Part shown: positions 26,801 through 41,239 of the stretch, piece after piece
Layout: every line of letters starts with the position of its first letter
How positions within the stretch are numbered: the stretch's first letter is position 1
DNA from: Chiloscyllium plagiosum
Lineage: Eukaryota
Direction: 5' to 3'
Length of the DNA stretch: 64,000 bases
NCBI RefSeq assembly: GCF_004010195.1
Contig: NC_057745.1
Location: 21,278,204 to 21,342,203, forward strand
Translations under genes and position numbers: made by a program
Notes under the pieces: generated by a model
Database searches by the model: none
Told to the model about the DNA's origin: nothing
The model's input: only the letters and a program-made list of their open reading frames with translations

Positions 26801-28036
26801 GCAGAGTGTTACTATAGTCCTCGTGATTCAGAGGGGAATGGCGTGCTCAGAATCCAGCATTAACTCAATTCACAAACTCAAACAGTCTACTTGGAAACTA
26901 ATAAGCGACTAACCTACAAGTTGTTGATGGTGTCTTTAAATTGTACTGCTGTAAATGTTTAAAGGGGGAGGGGAGGGTGTTACCAAGAGCGGCAAGCTCC
27001 ATAATGGTGGGTCTGGCATCAAATCAGCATTCGATGTTGACTAACATCAAAAATGCCTACACTGCATGCTTCTGGCATGCACATGAAATGCCCATGCTAA
27101 CGCCCACACCAAGCTGCTGTTTGGCTGCAGGCCATTCCCAAGGCTGGCAGAAGCTGTACAATTGCCACAAGAGCTTTGGCTGCTTAGATCCAAACCTGAC
27201 AGCCATACCAGCTTGGGTTGTCAGGAACACATATCCGGCCAGTCAAGAACAGGATAACATTGTTGCCGAGTTCATTCTGAAAGGTTTAACCTCTTTAGAC
27301 GTAACCACCATTTCAAGTGAAGAAACTGCATGGAGATAAGATCCCAATGAGTGGGATGAGTATGGTTAAAATGATTTTCTGCAACATACTTGTTCACAAG
27401 CCAACATCCAAGTGTTACCCACTTCCAACACACATCTCCATGAACGAAGGCTTATATAAAGAAACAGTTTGTGATCTGAGCTGCTGCCAGAGTGTCTTGC
27501 TATAACTGTTAGATATTGAAAAATAGGGCTGTTTAATTCTCAACATGCTGTGAACTGAATTTGAACTCTTGGAGATCCATGTTCAATGATGCAGTTAAGT
27601 CACAGTAGAAATTATTATTGGTGGAAATATAGGAAGCACACCTAAAGTAAATGCTATACACGTTGCCTAACAATGACTTGCCTTCACTTCTTTCACCTGT
27701 CAAAACAGTAAAGTTGTCACTGGAGCCAGATTTTCATCTTTATTGCCTCGACTATTTGCTCATGGAGCTAATTAGAGAATCTCTTGAGAGAATCCACTTG
27801 GTTTTCATTCTATTGATTTCAAAGGAGCAGTTTCATTAAGTTTCATAACAAGATGGGCGGTCCATTCTCTCTTTCTAAAGTTGACAATTTGTCTGTGCAT
27901 TTTTCTTCAACATGGAAGCTTTACTGATTTAAACACTACAATGAATTAATTTGATGTGCTTTACCATGATAATATTCATTAAACAAGTGTGTAAACATTG
28001 TCTTTTTTTCTTCAGCTGGCAAATTCCGAAGTTTGC

Positions 28037-28117
28037 TGGAAATGTGTTGCTGGAAAAGCGCAGCAACACATTTCCAGCTCTGATCTCCAGCATCTGCAGA
28101 CCTCACTTTCTCCTCAA
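28037..28117. mobile_element. Mini foldback PLE end with 16-bp TSD
   Basis: tggaaatgtgttgctg/cagcaacacatttcca hairpin; aaattccgaagtttgc duplicated at 28021-28036 and 28118-28133. Confidence 0.8.
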
Positions 28118-31100
28118 AAATTCCGAAGTTTGCAAAGAAAGGTAAAAGGGTGCTGAGAAAGTGACATCATTCCATCATCAACTCAGCCTGACAGGATTTG
28201 TTAAAAAAAAACACTTTTTTTAAGTTGAGAGGGAAAAATCGTAAACTAACAACTTAATCACACAAAGTTCATACTCTAGCACTTATAACATAGAATAGGA
28301 AGAACTTTGTCCAGCAGTTAATACAGCAGCACTCCAGCCCGAGACCCAAGACTGTCTAAAAACAGAGTTGATCAATCCTTCTAAATTATGGAAGGTCCAT
28401 CAATTTAGGAAGGTCACGTCAATTGTCAGACGGAAAAGATCTTGTATAAACATGTATTAAAATGGATTTATCATTTTCCTTGCTCACATAATGCAAGATA
28501 CAGGATTTTGGCATTCCTTGGGTATGGCAAGGTTTAACAGTCCAAATGTAAACTCTACCTCAGACCAGATATTAGTTCTTAAACTTCACAAGAAGCTCGA
28601 CAGGCATGAAATGAAGGTGTTATTTTGCATAAAGACTTGAGGGAATCATGAAGCTGTGTCTTGATTTACATGATATAGCTCACATGGCATGTTGTTATGT
28701 TTAAACCTTCTATAAAAAAAGAGCATCGGAATGACAGAACAATAATTAAAATTACTTTCAGATGCAAAAATAGGAAGCCCTCGGTACTAAGCAGAAAGTG
28801 CAGGTACCAACTGCATGAACAACTGTCGAGCTATCTGAATAGTAGTTAAAAAAAAAAATCCAGCATATATTTTAAACAGGCTGCCTGTCCGTGGCAATGT
28901 TGCAGGCTGTTCATGCTGAAAGATTAATCAGGACACGGGAATGCATAAAACAGATGTAACACAACGTTTGCATGCCTAGTTGTGAATTCACTTAAAATTG
29001 CTGAATTACACAGCAAAAATGTAACACCAACATGGTGGCAATCAAGAAATTAATGTGTTCTTCAGCTATGCACTGAACTACAATCTTACAGCCCCGACAC
29101 TAAAACTGTAACATACATTATATTTAAAGCTCGGAGGTATCAAATGAGATTTACTTACATTAGCAGTCCACGATTTGGGTACAACAGTTGATGCTACTAT
29201 TGATTTAAGCAGAACAAAAGACAAGACTGAGCATCTTTAATAGTATTAAGTTGTGTCAAGCAGATTGATTGAAGCACTTTGAAACCAGTTGTGAAGAAAT
29301 ACATCTAAAAATTAAGTAATTTATACATTATGGATGCAGAAGAAACTGAAAGAGTCATACCTGTATTTTTCCAGATTTGTAATCATGAATAAAATACCCA
29401 GCAAACAAAGGAATATATGAGAATTTTTCCTTCAGTGCAGAAATACAAAGCAAAGAGCACACGTTTGATCTCCCATGCTTAATGAAAAAGGAAATGCTAC
29501 AACAGACGGTAGAGCCGATCCACAGTGCTTCAACTCAAGTGCGATCAGGCATACTGGTACCCTGCAATGTTAGCTGTTCCTCTGAATTCCAGTGGTTTCC
29601 CTAAGCAGCATTAACTGCATCTTTACAACTTGCTACATGTAGTAAATTGCCGTCACTGTTCCCAAACATCACCTGAAGCACAATCTTCCCCTCCGCTTCC
29701 TTTCACGCTGCTTTGGCGTAGCTTTAGCACGAGATTAAGAGTCGGTGTCCCTGACAACTATTGAATTGCACGGCTCTCCTCAGCCACACCAGCCTGACAA
29801 TCCTATCATCGTGTGCATCAGCTTCAACTTCACATAGCAACCTCCTTTGTGCCACAGCTTTATACTCTTCTGCCCACATTCTGAATGGCACGGCCACCAG
29901 TCTCTCTCCCCTCTGGTAACGTGTCTTCCTGCTTGAAGACAGTGTGAAATGAGCTCACCACATAAGAAAAACAAACCCTGCACACAGATATTACACATGC
30001 AACATTGTCACAGACCCACAGCCGACAGCAGATGCATTGCTTGCTGCAATACTGATAACAGTGCGAAGCTCTCCCTTAGGCTTGGTGAGGAAATCTGTTT
30101 GCCAGGATTGTGCTGTACCTGACCTTTCATTTATCAGCTCAACGTGACCTATTGCAGCAACCACATAACCATTTTGTATAATAGGGTGCAGTGTATAGCA
30201 GATTATTACTTTGTTACCTGATCTGATGATTGCTCCAACATATAATAAAATGTAAAATTCTTGCAGTTTATTCCAATGTAATTTCGACCCAACTATTTGT
30301 CCAATATAAACAATTAAAGGATGAGCACAACACAATAAGATGCAGCTTACTAATATCATGTAATTCAACAAGAGTATCACAGCTTCCAGTTTCTTTTCCC
30401 AACAATGCTGTAAACCAGTAATTAAGGAATTAAAACATGCCCGAATGAAGTATCCACTTATACATAATTATTTGAAAATAACTACTTCTTAATTATGTTG
30501 GAGAGGATTCAGGAAAATTAATGAATATCTAATGCATTGCATTTTAGAAACTGCAATAACAAGGATTTACAGAGATGCTGTGTTTCAAAAAAAACTTTCC
30601 GTGTATAAATTGTCCAAAGAACTGTCTGGAATCTCACTCTCCAAACACTCAGCAGCACTTTGCTGACGCCAGAAGTTCTGTCTTGTATACTCTTATTATG
30701 ATGTGGAATTCAAATGAGTAAGTTTACAATAATTCATTCCAAATGAATATAATTGTTCTAATAACAGTTTCTGCAGGTTTTAAATTAAATCATCTTGCTG
30801 CAGAATTTGTCTGCAGCACCACGTGTTTTTTTAAAGAGTGAGACATTGTTGACAACTCATGGTGCACGCCATTAGTTTCCTTTGGTCCTTTTAGTTCAGA
30901 AACATATTTTGAACTGAAACCGGTTGCAAGTGAGCACTGATAGCGCCAATGACAAGGATGACAACGATCACCCAGGAGCAATACTGAAACAATAAGATTT
31001 AACGATTGAGGAAGGAACAGTAAAATCGGAGTAGAAAGAGAATTCAAGTCAACTGGGAGCATAGATAGACAAAGAGAACATTGGACTGAATTAGAACATT

Positions 31101-32487
31101 AGTGTGACAGAAAGGAACTTGAGAAAACAACATTAAATTTGAGATTTTTAAAACCTCTACAAACAATTGACTACTTCTAGAAATGAGATTGAACACATTT
31201 TTTTCCTACAAGTTGAAAGTCACTGCATGAACATTGCATTTTAAAAAACAGATACTTACACTCTTGGTTGCTAGACTTAATTTTCTCTGATAATATTAAG
31301 GGGCAATTAATGAGCAAATCCAGCAATTTTCTAAAGGTAATGGCAGAAGCTAAGAGGTGCCACCTGTCCAACGTTAAGTGGCAAAGAGGCATAAATTGGC
31401 CAGCAAGCTCTGGACAATTGCAATGCCTGCATTGCCAGCTGATTTGCACATTAATATCAGCATGTATTATCAGTAACATTATTTTCCAGAAAATCTAATG
31501 AAATAAGATTCCTAAAGCTGCTAATATCATGACAGAATTCAGACAAGTTTACACTAATTGTACTTAATCATTCACTGTGCTTCATCATTTAAAGTGTTAA
31601 TCAAAATGCAGAAATCTGACTTCCTGTGTACAGTTATGCACAGTACATAATAGTATTCATCTCTTATGTAATTTAAGTAGTTTATGAACTGCAGTGTCAA
31701 GCAACTAAGTTGCAAAAAGCATCATCATAAATATGATCTATTCAATCAGGATTTCTTGAAGAATGAAATATTCTGCTGGGAGCTACTGTAATTTTATGTG
31801 GATATATTGAGAACCACATATTGCCCACATAAAAAAGTTTGCTCAGCAATAAAATTAATTACTGAAAGAAAGCTGAATTTCACTTGCTTTATTAAATGTG
31901 TGATATAGAACACTACAGGGGACATCAATTCAAATCATGTCTGTAATTCAGTCTATATATCAAACACAGTCATTGAAGAGAAATTATAATTTTCAAAATT
32001 ACTACAGAGACCTGAAAGGACTCACTGTGAGGAACAGCAAAACCATTTAGTCATTTGAGACTGTTCCACCAATTATACTGCTTTCCACAGTTCTTTTATA
32101 TAGACAACCAAGTATCAATCAATCACACTAATATACCCTTACCACATTTCTCCAAACAATGTTACTTACAAATAAGCACGTGCAGATTCTGTTTCTCTAC
32201 ACGGAACACACTACCTAACACAGCATCAACCTTGACTCAATGCGAATGCTTCCATTTTTGATTCAGATGTTCATTGGTCAAAGTGCTTTTCCAGAAATTT
32301 AAGCACATAACATACATTGCCGTTTGCACAACTGTGGGAGTGCAAGACCATCATATGTTTGTATTCTGGATTAGACATTAAAACAAAGCTCATTCAAAAG
32401 GCAGGGGAGTGGTTTGATTCATTCTGACAAAACATCAACAACCTGAGGCCAAACTATTTGTCATTTAATCTCTCACAGACCTTTCCT

Positions 32488-32775
32488 TTTGTTCTGAAGT
32501 CATACCAGACTTGAATCGTTAACTCTGTTTCTCTCTCCACAGATGCTGCCAGAGCTGCTGAGTTTCCACAGCAACTTTTCTGTTTATATTTCCCTTTTGT
32601 TCTTCTATCCAGTGCCCATTTCCACTTACTCAGATTGATTATGTTTCCTGATTTCCCAGTTCTGTTGAAAGGTCCCTGATCTGAAATGCTAACTCGGTTT
32701 CTCCATCTCCACAGCTGCTGCTAGGCTGGCTGGGTTAGCGCTTTTTGTTTTGATTTAGATTTCCAACATCCACAC
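32488..32775 (+). mobile_element. Two tandem decayed PLE terminal fragments
   Basis: gttctg...aactc.gtttctc...ccacag.tgctgc unit occurs twice. Confidence 0.55.
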
Positions 32776-33051
32776 GAGAGAGAATTTAAAAACAAAACTC
32801 TTTACTGTTTATGAAAGCTTGTGAATTAATTAGTTGATTTTTTACAACAGTGGCTACAATGAAAAGTATTTATTGTTCTGGCACGTTCCAAGAATGTGAA
32901 AGTTGCTTTTTAATTGCAAATCTACTTCCTATCAGAAGTTTTCCTCCTGCTTATAGTGTGGGCAGGTTTGGCCAAAGCTGGCAAGAGCTGAAGCTAAAGG
33001 CACTTAGGTCAATACAAGAACACTACTGGTCAACAAACAGCTAAAGCCCAT

Positions 33052-33514
33052 AGTTTGGGAGAAGATTTGTAGCTCGGGTGCTCATTGTTGTGGTTCTGTT
33101 CGCCGAGCTGGGAATTTGTACTGCAGATGTTTCGTCTCCTGTCTAGGTGACATCCTCAGTGCTTGGGAGCCTCCTGTGAAGCGTTTCTGCGATGTTTCCT
33201 CCGGCATTTGTAGTGGTTTGTCTCTGCCGCTTCCGGTTGTCAGTTCCAGCTATCTGCTGCAGTGGCTGGACTAGAGGCACGGCACTCATCCACAGATGCA
33301 ATCAATAAGCACATCGACCTGGACCCAATATACCGGCCACTGCAGCGGACAGCTGGAACTGACAACCGGAAGTGGCAGATACAAATCCCACTATAAATGC
33401 CGGAGGAAACATCACAGAAGCGCTTCACAGGAGGCTCCCAAGCACTGAGGATGTCACCTAGACAGGGGACAAAACATCTGCAACACAAATTCCCAGCTCG
33501 GCGAATAGAACCAT
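33052..33514. mobile_element. Penelope-like element 3' end with ~185-bp inverted arms and 16-bp TSD
   Basis: Spacer encodes LEARHSSTDAINKHIDLDPIYRPL (C-terminus of the PLE GIY-YIG ORF); arms ~33086-33269 and ~33333-33517; TSD aacagctaaagcccat. Confidence 0.85.
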
Positions 33515-34545
33515 AACAGCTAAAGCCCATGTCGAGTAAAAACAATTTGTCACTAACACTAGAATGCATTAATGGTCCATCCCAATTGACTTGAAGTGAT
33601 TCTTCCTATGTCTACATGACATACTAAGCTATTTTAGAGGGGTAAGACCAATCACATCATGCAGGACATGTTATCTAGCTACAGGACCTACCATATCTGC
33701 CACAACGTTGCCTGAATCGCAGTTTCCAGTTTCAGTTTTACACATTCAGGCCACATTGATGAGCCACACTGGGCATCCATGCTACAGTACCATATAATAA
33801 TGCACATGTGTCTGTTTAATGTAGCAAACAGACAGATGTGCTACACCCACTCACAGATATATCTGCATGTACTTTCTTGGAACTCAATTTAACACCCACT
33901 GAAGTGTACTCGAGCTCCTTGTTTGCATGTAGTATTTGAACTGAAAGCAACTACATCACAGTCAGCTCACAGATAGACCTTTCGATATGATGCGCCAAGT
34001 TAATACAGTAGCATAAAATCTGTTTGGTAGCTGTCCTAATGGAAGAAACCACTTTTCCTCCCAGTCTTCACCTCTCAAAATGTGAAGGTGAAGTGTCAAC
34101 ATACAGTCCTATCCAGGCATTCCAATGTGAACCAAAAACAACAGCATCATATCACTTTCATTTGTGGAAGGGTTTCTGGACTCTGGAGCAACCTTGGCAC
34201 AATGTCATGAAACTGTACATCACAGAGTATAAATACCACAGGTGGACAGTGTTAAAGTACACGAGAAGCAGCATTCTGGAAAACAATTGAGTGAGATTCT
34301 TGGGGAGGAATTGAGAGAGCATGGACGTGACCATGCAGAGATCATTCTTATCTAACATACCAGAACCTGGTATATCTATGATTACTGTGTATTTAGTACT
34401 AAAATTGAATAAATTGTGTTCGTTTGAAGTCTAAGCCTGAAAACAGTCCTTGACTTTGCTTTTTCCTCAACCAATCTATCAAGAGCCCTAACTCACAATG
34501 TATGAAACTACACAACAAAAGAGCTGGCTTTTATGTTTCTATATT

Positions 34546-35672
34546 CATAGAACATAGAACAATACAGCGCAGAACAGGCCCTCGATGTTGCACCGACCTG
34601 TGAACTACTCTAAGCCCATCCCCCTACAGTATCCCATCATCATCCATGTACTTACCCAAGGATTGGCTGAGTTAACTACATTGGCAGGTAGGGCATTCCA
34701 CACCCTTACCATTCTCCGAGTAAAGAACCTCTGACATCTATTACCCGTCAACTTGTAGCTATGCCCCCTTGTACAAGCTACCGTCATCATCCTAAGAAAA
34801 ACACTTCCACCGTCTGACCCTATTTAATCTTCTGATCATCTTGTATGTCTCTATCAAATCCCCTCTTAGCCTTTTTGTTTCTAATGAGAACAGACCCAAG
34901 TGTCTCAGCCTTTCCTCATAAGACCTTCCCTCCAGACCAGGCAACATCATGGTAAATCTCCTCTGCACCTTTTCCAATGCTTCCACATCCTTCCTGTAAT
35001 GGGGCGATCAGAACTGTACACAATATTCCAAGTCTGGCCACTCTAGCACTTTGTACAGGTGCAGCATGATATTGCGGCTCCAGAACTCAATCCCTCTACC
35101 AATCAAACCTAACACACCATATGCCTTCTTAACAGCACTATGAACCTGAGTGGCAACTTTCAGGGATCTATGTACATGGACTCCAAGAACCCTCAGCACT
35201 TCCACACTACCAAGAATTTTTCCATTGACCCAGTATTCTGCCTTCTTGTTATTCTTCCCAAAGTGAATCATCTCACATTTATCAGCATTGAACTCCATCT
35301 GCCACCTTTCAGTCCAATTCTGCAGTTTATCCAAGCCCCCTGCAACCTGCAACACTCTTCTACACTGTCCACCACTCCACCAACTTTAGTGTCATCTGTA
35401 AACTTGTTAACTCATCCACCTAAACCTGCGCCTAAGTCATTTATAAAAATAACAAACAGCAGTGGTCCCAAAATAGATCCATGTGGCACACCACTAGTAA
35501 CCAGATTCCAGGTTGAATATTTTCCATCAACCACCACTCACTATTTTCTTAGAGAAAGCTAATTTCTAATCCAAACTGTTAAATCACCCTCAATCCCATG
35601 CCTCTGCATTTTCTCTAACAGCCTACCATGTGGAACCTTATCAAATGTTTTACTGAAGTCCATGTACATCAC
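34546..35672 (-). mobile_element. CR1 LINE, 5'-truncated
   Basis: WQMEFNADKCEMIHFG, LEKVQRRFTMMLPGL and TRGHSYKL peptides; (ttcta)n-type tail. Confidence 0.92.
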
Positions 35673-37789
35673 ATTATAGCTTCAAGTTTTATACAAGAGT
35701 TTCATGACAGAGGAAGAACGAAGTCTTGACCATGACCATTCTCAAGACATGCAGAGACCGTCAAATCTATTTCACTTGATAACGTCACAAGGATTTCCAT
35801 CTGATAACTGAATGGTTACAAATTCCCAACAATTTGCTGAGATCTGGGAATGCCATCCGTAGAGTTGAAGAAATATAGTAGAACGCAAAACAAGAGGAGT
35901 GACTACTTCCCGGAGAACTGCACTCCTTCTGAATTAGGTGTCTCAATTTCTTTTCCTAATAGTACCAACAATTTTCTGTGTTTATCTTACTCTTTGCTTT
36001 ACATTCCATGTCACCTTGTTCTTTTTTATGCATATTTCACTATTTCTTCAAATCCCTTCATACACTCATTTTCTGCTATGCTTCTCTCGATTAACATTCA
36101 TTTCCTAGTCATTTCCCCCCCTAACATCTCAGCATCATTTGCCCACAAGGATAAATACTTACAGTTAGTGTCTTTATGATATAATAAATGCTATTTCCAA
36201 CACGAGTACGGAATTATTTCAATAACTCATGTTTTGTTTTACTTTATCTCAGGAAAAGATCATCAAAATCAATATGAAAATAGTATTTTGCATCAGCTGG
36301 TGCAATTCCCTGTTTGAAACCAATTTGAACTACTAATTTGGCATACATTTTGATGTAATAGTGTACAGAGTTTAGAAAGGAGTTTTTAGCCTCACTGAAG
36401 ACTTCAATAAAATAAATAAAATAGAAATGGGGGCCATTGTTTTATTGGCAGGAGTTCAAACTTGACATAAACTGCACTGTAGTTTATTGAATCTTGCCAA
36501 AGAACATCTCTAAAGGGAATAAGGTGCAACACAGATTAATGTTCCCCAATCAGATTCTAGATGCAAATCACTTTTTTTTTATCATGCTAAATTACAGGTT
36601 AATGATGCAAAAGACTCACTTGACTGCTAGCCACTATTCTGCTCAGGTGGCAGAAGTCCAATAAGCTGAGGACCGGAATACAGAAAGAATGCAGAGCTTG
36701 GTTTTACAAAGTACTAATTTCAAAACAGAGGAACTTACGAGTAAAGTTTACATTACTGGTCTCGCACACATCAAAGCACTGGATAGGGGAGTAAAACTGT
36801 AACGTCTCCGATTCATTTTACGAGTCGGAACAAATGGGAGACTTGCTGCCGAAATACCGACAAACATCTAACGAGAGCCGTAGACAACCTTACAAAAACA
36901 CGATCACAATCCCGATTACCACTCAGTTCATGGAGGTGCTGCTGTCTATAGTATCAGGATATCTTGTAGAATTAAAGGTAAAGTATTCACAAACTAGTGC
37001 AAAGCCTTTTAGTAAGAGATTTTAGTTGGTCACGAACATAATTAAAGTTATTTACATCTATAACTTAAATGGGTTAATTGAAGTTAAGTTTATGTGAGAA
37101 AAGTTAATGATCAAAAATTGCAGGACGCATACCAACATGTGTCAATTTGAAATGACATGTTACACTATAAATTCAGTACTGGCTGTGATTATCTGCATGT
37201 TTGCATCTAAACTTTTCACAGCCCCCTTACTCTATTTTATCAAAGTTTCAACACTATTCTTATGCAATTCTACACAACCTAAACAATACTAAAAGGAGAC
37301 AAGTCAGTGGAGTATTACACCTTGCACTCCTCAGAATTAGGACACATAATGAATTTGAATAAAGGGTGGTCACTTTTACAGCATAAAGGCACTGCTAGGT
37401 CAGGTGCACAGTGGGATATGTTTGCATGTGCTCGAAGCTACAATTATGAATATACAAGACCCTGTTTCTACAGTCAAAAGGATTTTGCACACCTTTATCA
37501 TGGAAAAGATTCATAGAGCCTGCCAATCCCTGCTGCATTTCCATGGCAACACCCTGCCCAATCAGAGTCTACCTGCTTGGTCCCTGAGAGCTAAGATTGA
37601 TCATTAACTGTTCTTTGCTGCATCTCAATGCGAAAGACAGCCTAATCAATCAGCACACTTTTCTCATGCCATATAATTTGCTGTCTGTATTTTTCCAAAT
37701 TTGTTCCTTGTCTCCTAGTCATGATGATTACACAGTGAACAGCTTCAACTTCGTGTCTCCTTTTATTGATATTTAAGTTAAGCCCATAG

Positions 37790-38100
37790 TAAGCCCATAA
37801 GAAATAGGAACAGGAGTAGGCCATTCGGCCCCTCAAACCTGCTCCACCATTCAGTTGGATCCTGGCTGATCGGACGTTCCTCACATCTACCTCCCTGCCC
37901 AATCCCCGTAACCTTTGATACGACCAAACAATTGAGAATCCAACTCAGCCTTCAATATACACACGGACTGGGCACTGCCGATACTGCCCCATCCTCCCAA
38001 AAACTCCCTCTGGCAAGGAGTTTGCAAAGACTTAAGAGAAGAAATCCATCTTATCTCAGCATTAAATTGGTGCTTCTTTATTTTGGAATTATGCTGCCTG
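37790..38100 (-). mobile_element. CR1 3' fragment
   Basis: ataagaaataggaacaggagtaggccattcggcccc is a reversed tail. Confidence 0.8.
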
Positions 38101-38164
38101 GTCCTCAACACTCCTCTCTGCATTTATCCTTCAAGCGCTTTATATGTTCTTATATGTTCATGTC

Positions 38165-38832
38165 ATTGACTTCAGGAAGCAGAATGGATGACACACCAAT
38201 GAATGTATCAATGGTGCTGAGGTGGAGGTGGTTGAAAGCTTCAAGTTCCTTGGAGTATATATCACCAATCTGTCCTGGTCCTTTCATGTCACCACTACGG
38301 TCAAGAAAGCACACCGATGTCTTTACTTCTTTAGGAGGCTGAGGAAATTTGGCACGTCCCCAATGACTCATCAATTTTTATCGCTGCATCATATAAAGCA
38401 TCCTATCTGGTTTACTATGTATTTGATCTGCCTAAGACTGCAAGAAATTACGGAGAGTTGTGAACACAGCAGAGTCCATTATGAAAACCAACCTTCCATC
38501 CATTGACTCTATCTATACTTACTGTTGCCTTAGGAAAGCAGCCAGCATCATCAAAAACCCTTCCCATCCCAGTTATACTCTCTTCCACTCTCTTCCATTG
38601 GGCAGAGGATACAAATTTTGGAAAACACTTACCAACAGGCTTAAGAATAGCGTCTTCCCTGATGTAACGGACCTCTCATATCTTTCTTTTTGCCTTCTCT
38701 GTAGCTGTAACTCTATATAGTGCATTCTGTTTTATTACCCTCTTGTACTAACGTAAGGTATATGATTAGCACACAATAAAATACTTTTCACTGTATCTCA
38801 GCACATGTGACAATGACAAATCAAATCCAATC
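38165..38832 (+). mobile_element. Rex1/Babar-type LINE 3' fragment
   Basis: VEVVESFKFLGVYIT.LSWS.H....VKKAHRCLYFFRRLRKFG; KAASIIKNPSHP; TNRLKNSVFP; caaat-repeat tail. Confidence 0.8.
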
Positions 38833-39106
38833 ACAGCTGAGATGGCCAAAAGGAGGAATCAGGTCAGGAACCGTGATGACATTGCTGAAATAATTGGGTG
38901 CTGGAAAGTGGGGCGGGAAAGTGGGGCGGGGAAGGGGGGGAAGGGGGTGCATGGCCACAAACATTATTGTAAGTAGGAGGAGGAGAATGGACATTAAAAT
39001 GCTTCACACAGGGTGGAGAAGTGAAGGAGAGATCATTCATGATAACTGTTGTGGGGTTGAAAGCAATTGAATTAAAGAGGAGATGCCTTGGATACGATAG
39101 ACTCCT

Positions 39107-39317
39107 TTGAGGAGAAAGTGAGGTCTGCAGATGCTGGAGATCAGAGCTGGAAATGTGTTGCTGGAAAAGCACAGCAGGTCAGGCAGCATCCAGGGAATAG
39201 GAGAATCGATGTTTCGGGCATAAGCCCTTGAAGAAGGGCTTATGCCCGAAACGTCGATTCTCCTGTTCCCTGGATGCTGCCTGACCTGCTGTGCTTTTCC
39301 AGCAACACATTTCCAGC
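39107..39317. mobile_element. Foldback PLE end with 14-bp TSD
   Basis: ~83-bp near-perfect inverted repeat centred at ~39231; tac(g/t)atagactcct duplicated at 39093-39106 and 39318-39331. Confidence 0.85.
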
Positions 39318-39787
39318 TACTATAGACTCCTGTTCAGCTTTTGCCTCATTCCCACTTCAGATCTTTGTAATTGGATACCATCTCATCCAAAGCACAAATA
39401 TAATGTGCACAAAAGCTCAATTTTTGACTCCCTTTTTTTCATCTGCATGATGCTCGTGAGTGAGAAAATATGTAGATAGGCGATAGCAAGCATGTAGGAG
39501 AGAAATATTTCATTTATGATAATGTGCTGAATGAACAATTTCCCTCATCAACAAGCCTCAGGGACAATCAAGCCACATTGTTCAGCTGGTGCTGGGCCTT
39601 TTGGACCAGGGCTCCTGTTTGCATCCCTTGCTGACCTGCTCACTTGCTGTTTCCCCTGAACAGAAACTCAAATGTAGACAAATACAAATGTAAAATAACT
39701 GTGAATGCTGGATATCTGAACACAAATGCTGGAAAAAAAACTCAGCACAAAACAAAGCAAAGGAATATCCCAATGAGAGCAATTCAC

Positions 39788-39941
39788 TAAAAGGAGACAA
39801 AAGACTGTGGATGCTGCAGATCTGAAAAACAGAAATTGCTGGAGAAACTCAACAGGTCTGGCAGCAGCTGCCACAGGAAGTCTGTGATTCAATGCTGCCA
39901 GACCTGCTGTGTTTTGCCAGCAATTCTTGTTTGCGTGTGTT
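39788..39941. mobile_element. Foldback PLE end nested in an older PLE end (~39680-40200)
   Basis: TSD tgagagcaattcac at 39774-39787 and 39942-39955. Confidence 0.7.
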
Positions 39942-40604
39942 TGAGAGCAATTCACACCTTATTTAGAATGCCCTCTGTTTATATCTATGTCCCTCACTCT
40001 CTCCAGCTCTTGCATCATAAAATCTTTTGTTACTTAATTTCACGTGGTCTCTGTAGAACTGCTGTCTTCCTGCCCACTCCCCCACTTTACATTTACATCT
40101 TTTTTCAGTTCTGATTAAAGGACAGAGACTTCAAATGATAACTGTTTTTCACCACTTGCCTCACCTGCCAGGTTCATCCAGGAGTTTTCCTTCTTATTTT
40201 AAAAACACAGACAATTTCAAAGCACCTTTAACAGAGGAAATTGTGGGCTTGGTTCCCAAGTATTTGTGTTTCTTAACTTGAAAACGTCTAGTGGGTTTTT
40301 AATCATGGGCTTAGACAGCTGAACAAGGTCAACAGGGAAAAAAAACCTCCAAGCTGCTCAATTCATCCAGTTACATTTGGAAAGAGTGGCTTTTTGCTAT
40401 CGGCATTATTGTAGACTTTTATACGGTAATTATAAAAGCCAATTATTAGAACCCAAAAGAAACCAGATTGCCTGATATTACTTGCTTGTATGAAGTGTTT
40501 CAAATTAGTTTGAATTTAATAAATTTATGAAATACTGGAACAGCAGAAAAGTACAAAAGGTTTAATGTCCACACATTTCACTCATCGAAAAAGGAGAATC
40601 CTTA

Positions 40605-40900
40605 GATTCATAGAGTCTTAAAGATGTGCAGCACAGAAACTGACCCTTCAGTCCAATTTGTTCATGCCGACCAGATGTCCTAACTTAATCTAGTTCCATT
40701 TGCCAGCACTTGGCCCATATCCCTCTAAACCCTTCCTATTCATATATCCATTCAGGTGCCTTTTAAATGTTGCAATTGTACCAGCTTCCACCACTTGGCA
40801 GTTCATTCCATAGCATGTAGCCCCTCCCCCCCCCCGCATGAAAATGTTGCCCCTCCGGTCCCTTTTGTATCTTTCCCATCTCAGCCTAAACCAATGCCCT
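40605..40900 (-). mobile_element. CR1 3' end
   Basis: Reverse complement of the family at 3330-3600. Confidence 0.85.
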
Positions 40901-41239
40901 ATGTGTATACATATTTATGCTAACAGAGGGGTACCAGTCAACAGGAAATTGGACTGGGTACTGATGTATTGAAAATGAAGGATGCTTACAGCAATGGTTG
41001 ATGATACAGTGTAACTGGTAATTAGAGACAGGATTAATGTAAATGTAGGGCTGCTATTACTTTTGTGACTGAGCATACCTACAATCAGCAAGATTAATTA
41101 ACATTTGCTGTCATCCTAGTACAGGAGGCTCCCTACAGTGATATGGCTGAGATTTACATTATCCTGGTCTCCATCAATGTATCCTTTTTGTTGATGTACA
41201 TAATTGGAGAGTTGTGTCTCCTTGGTTAATGACTTGGGC

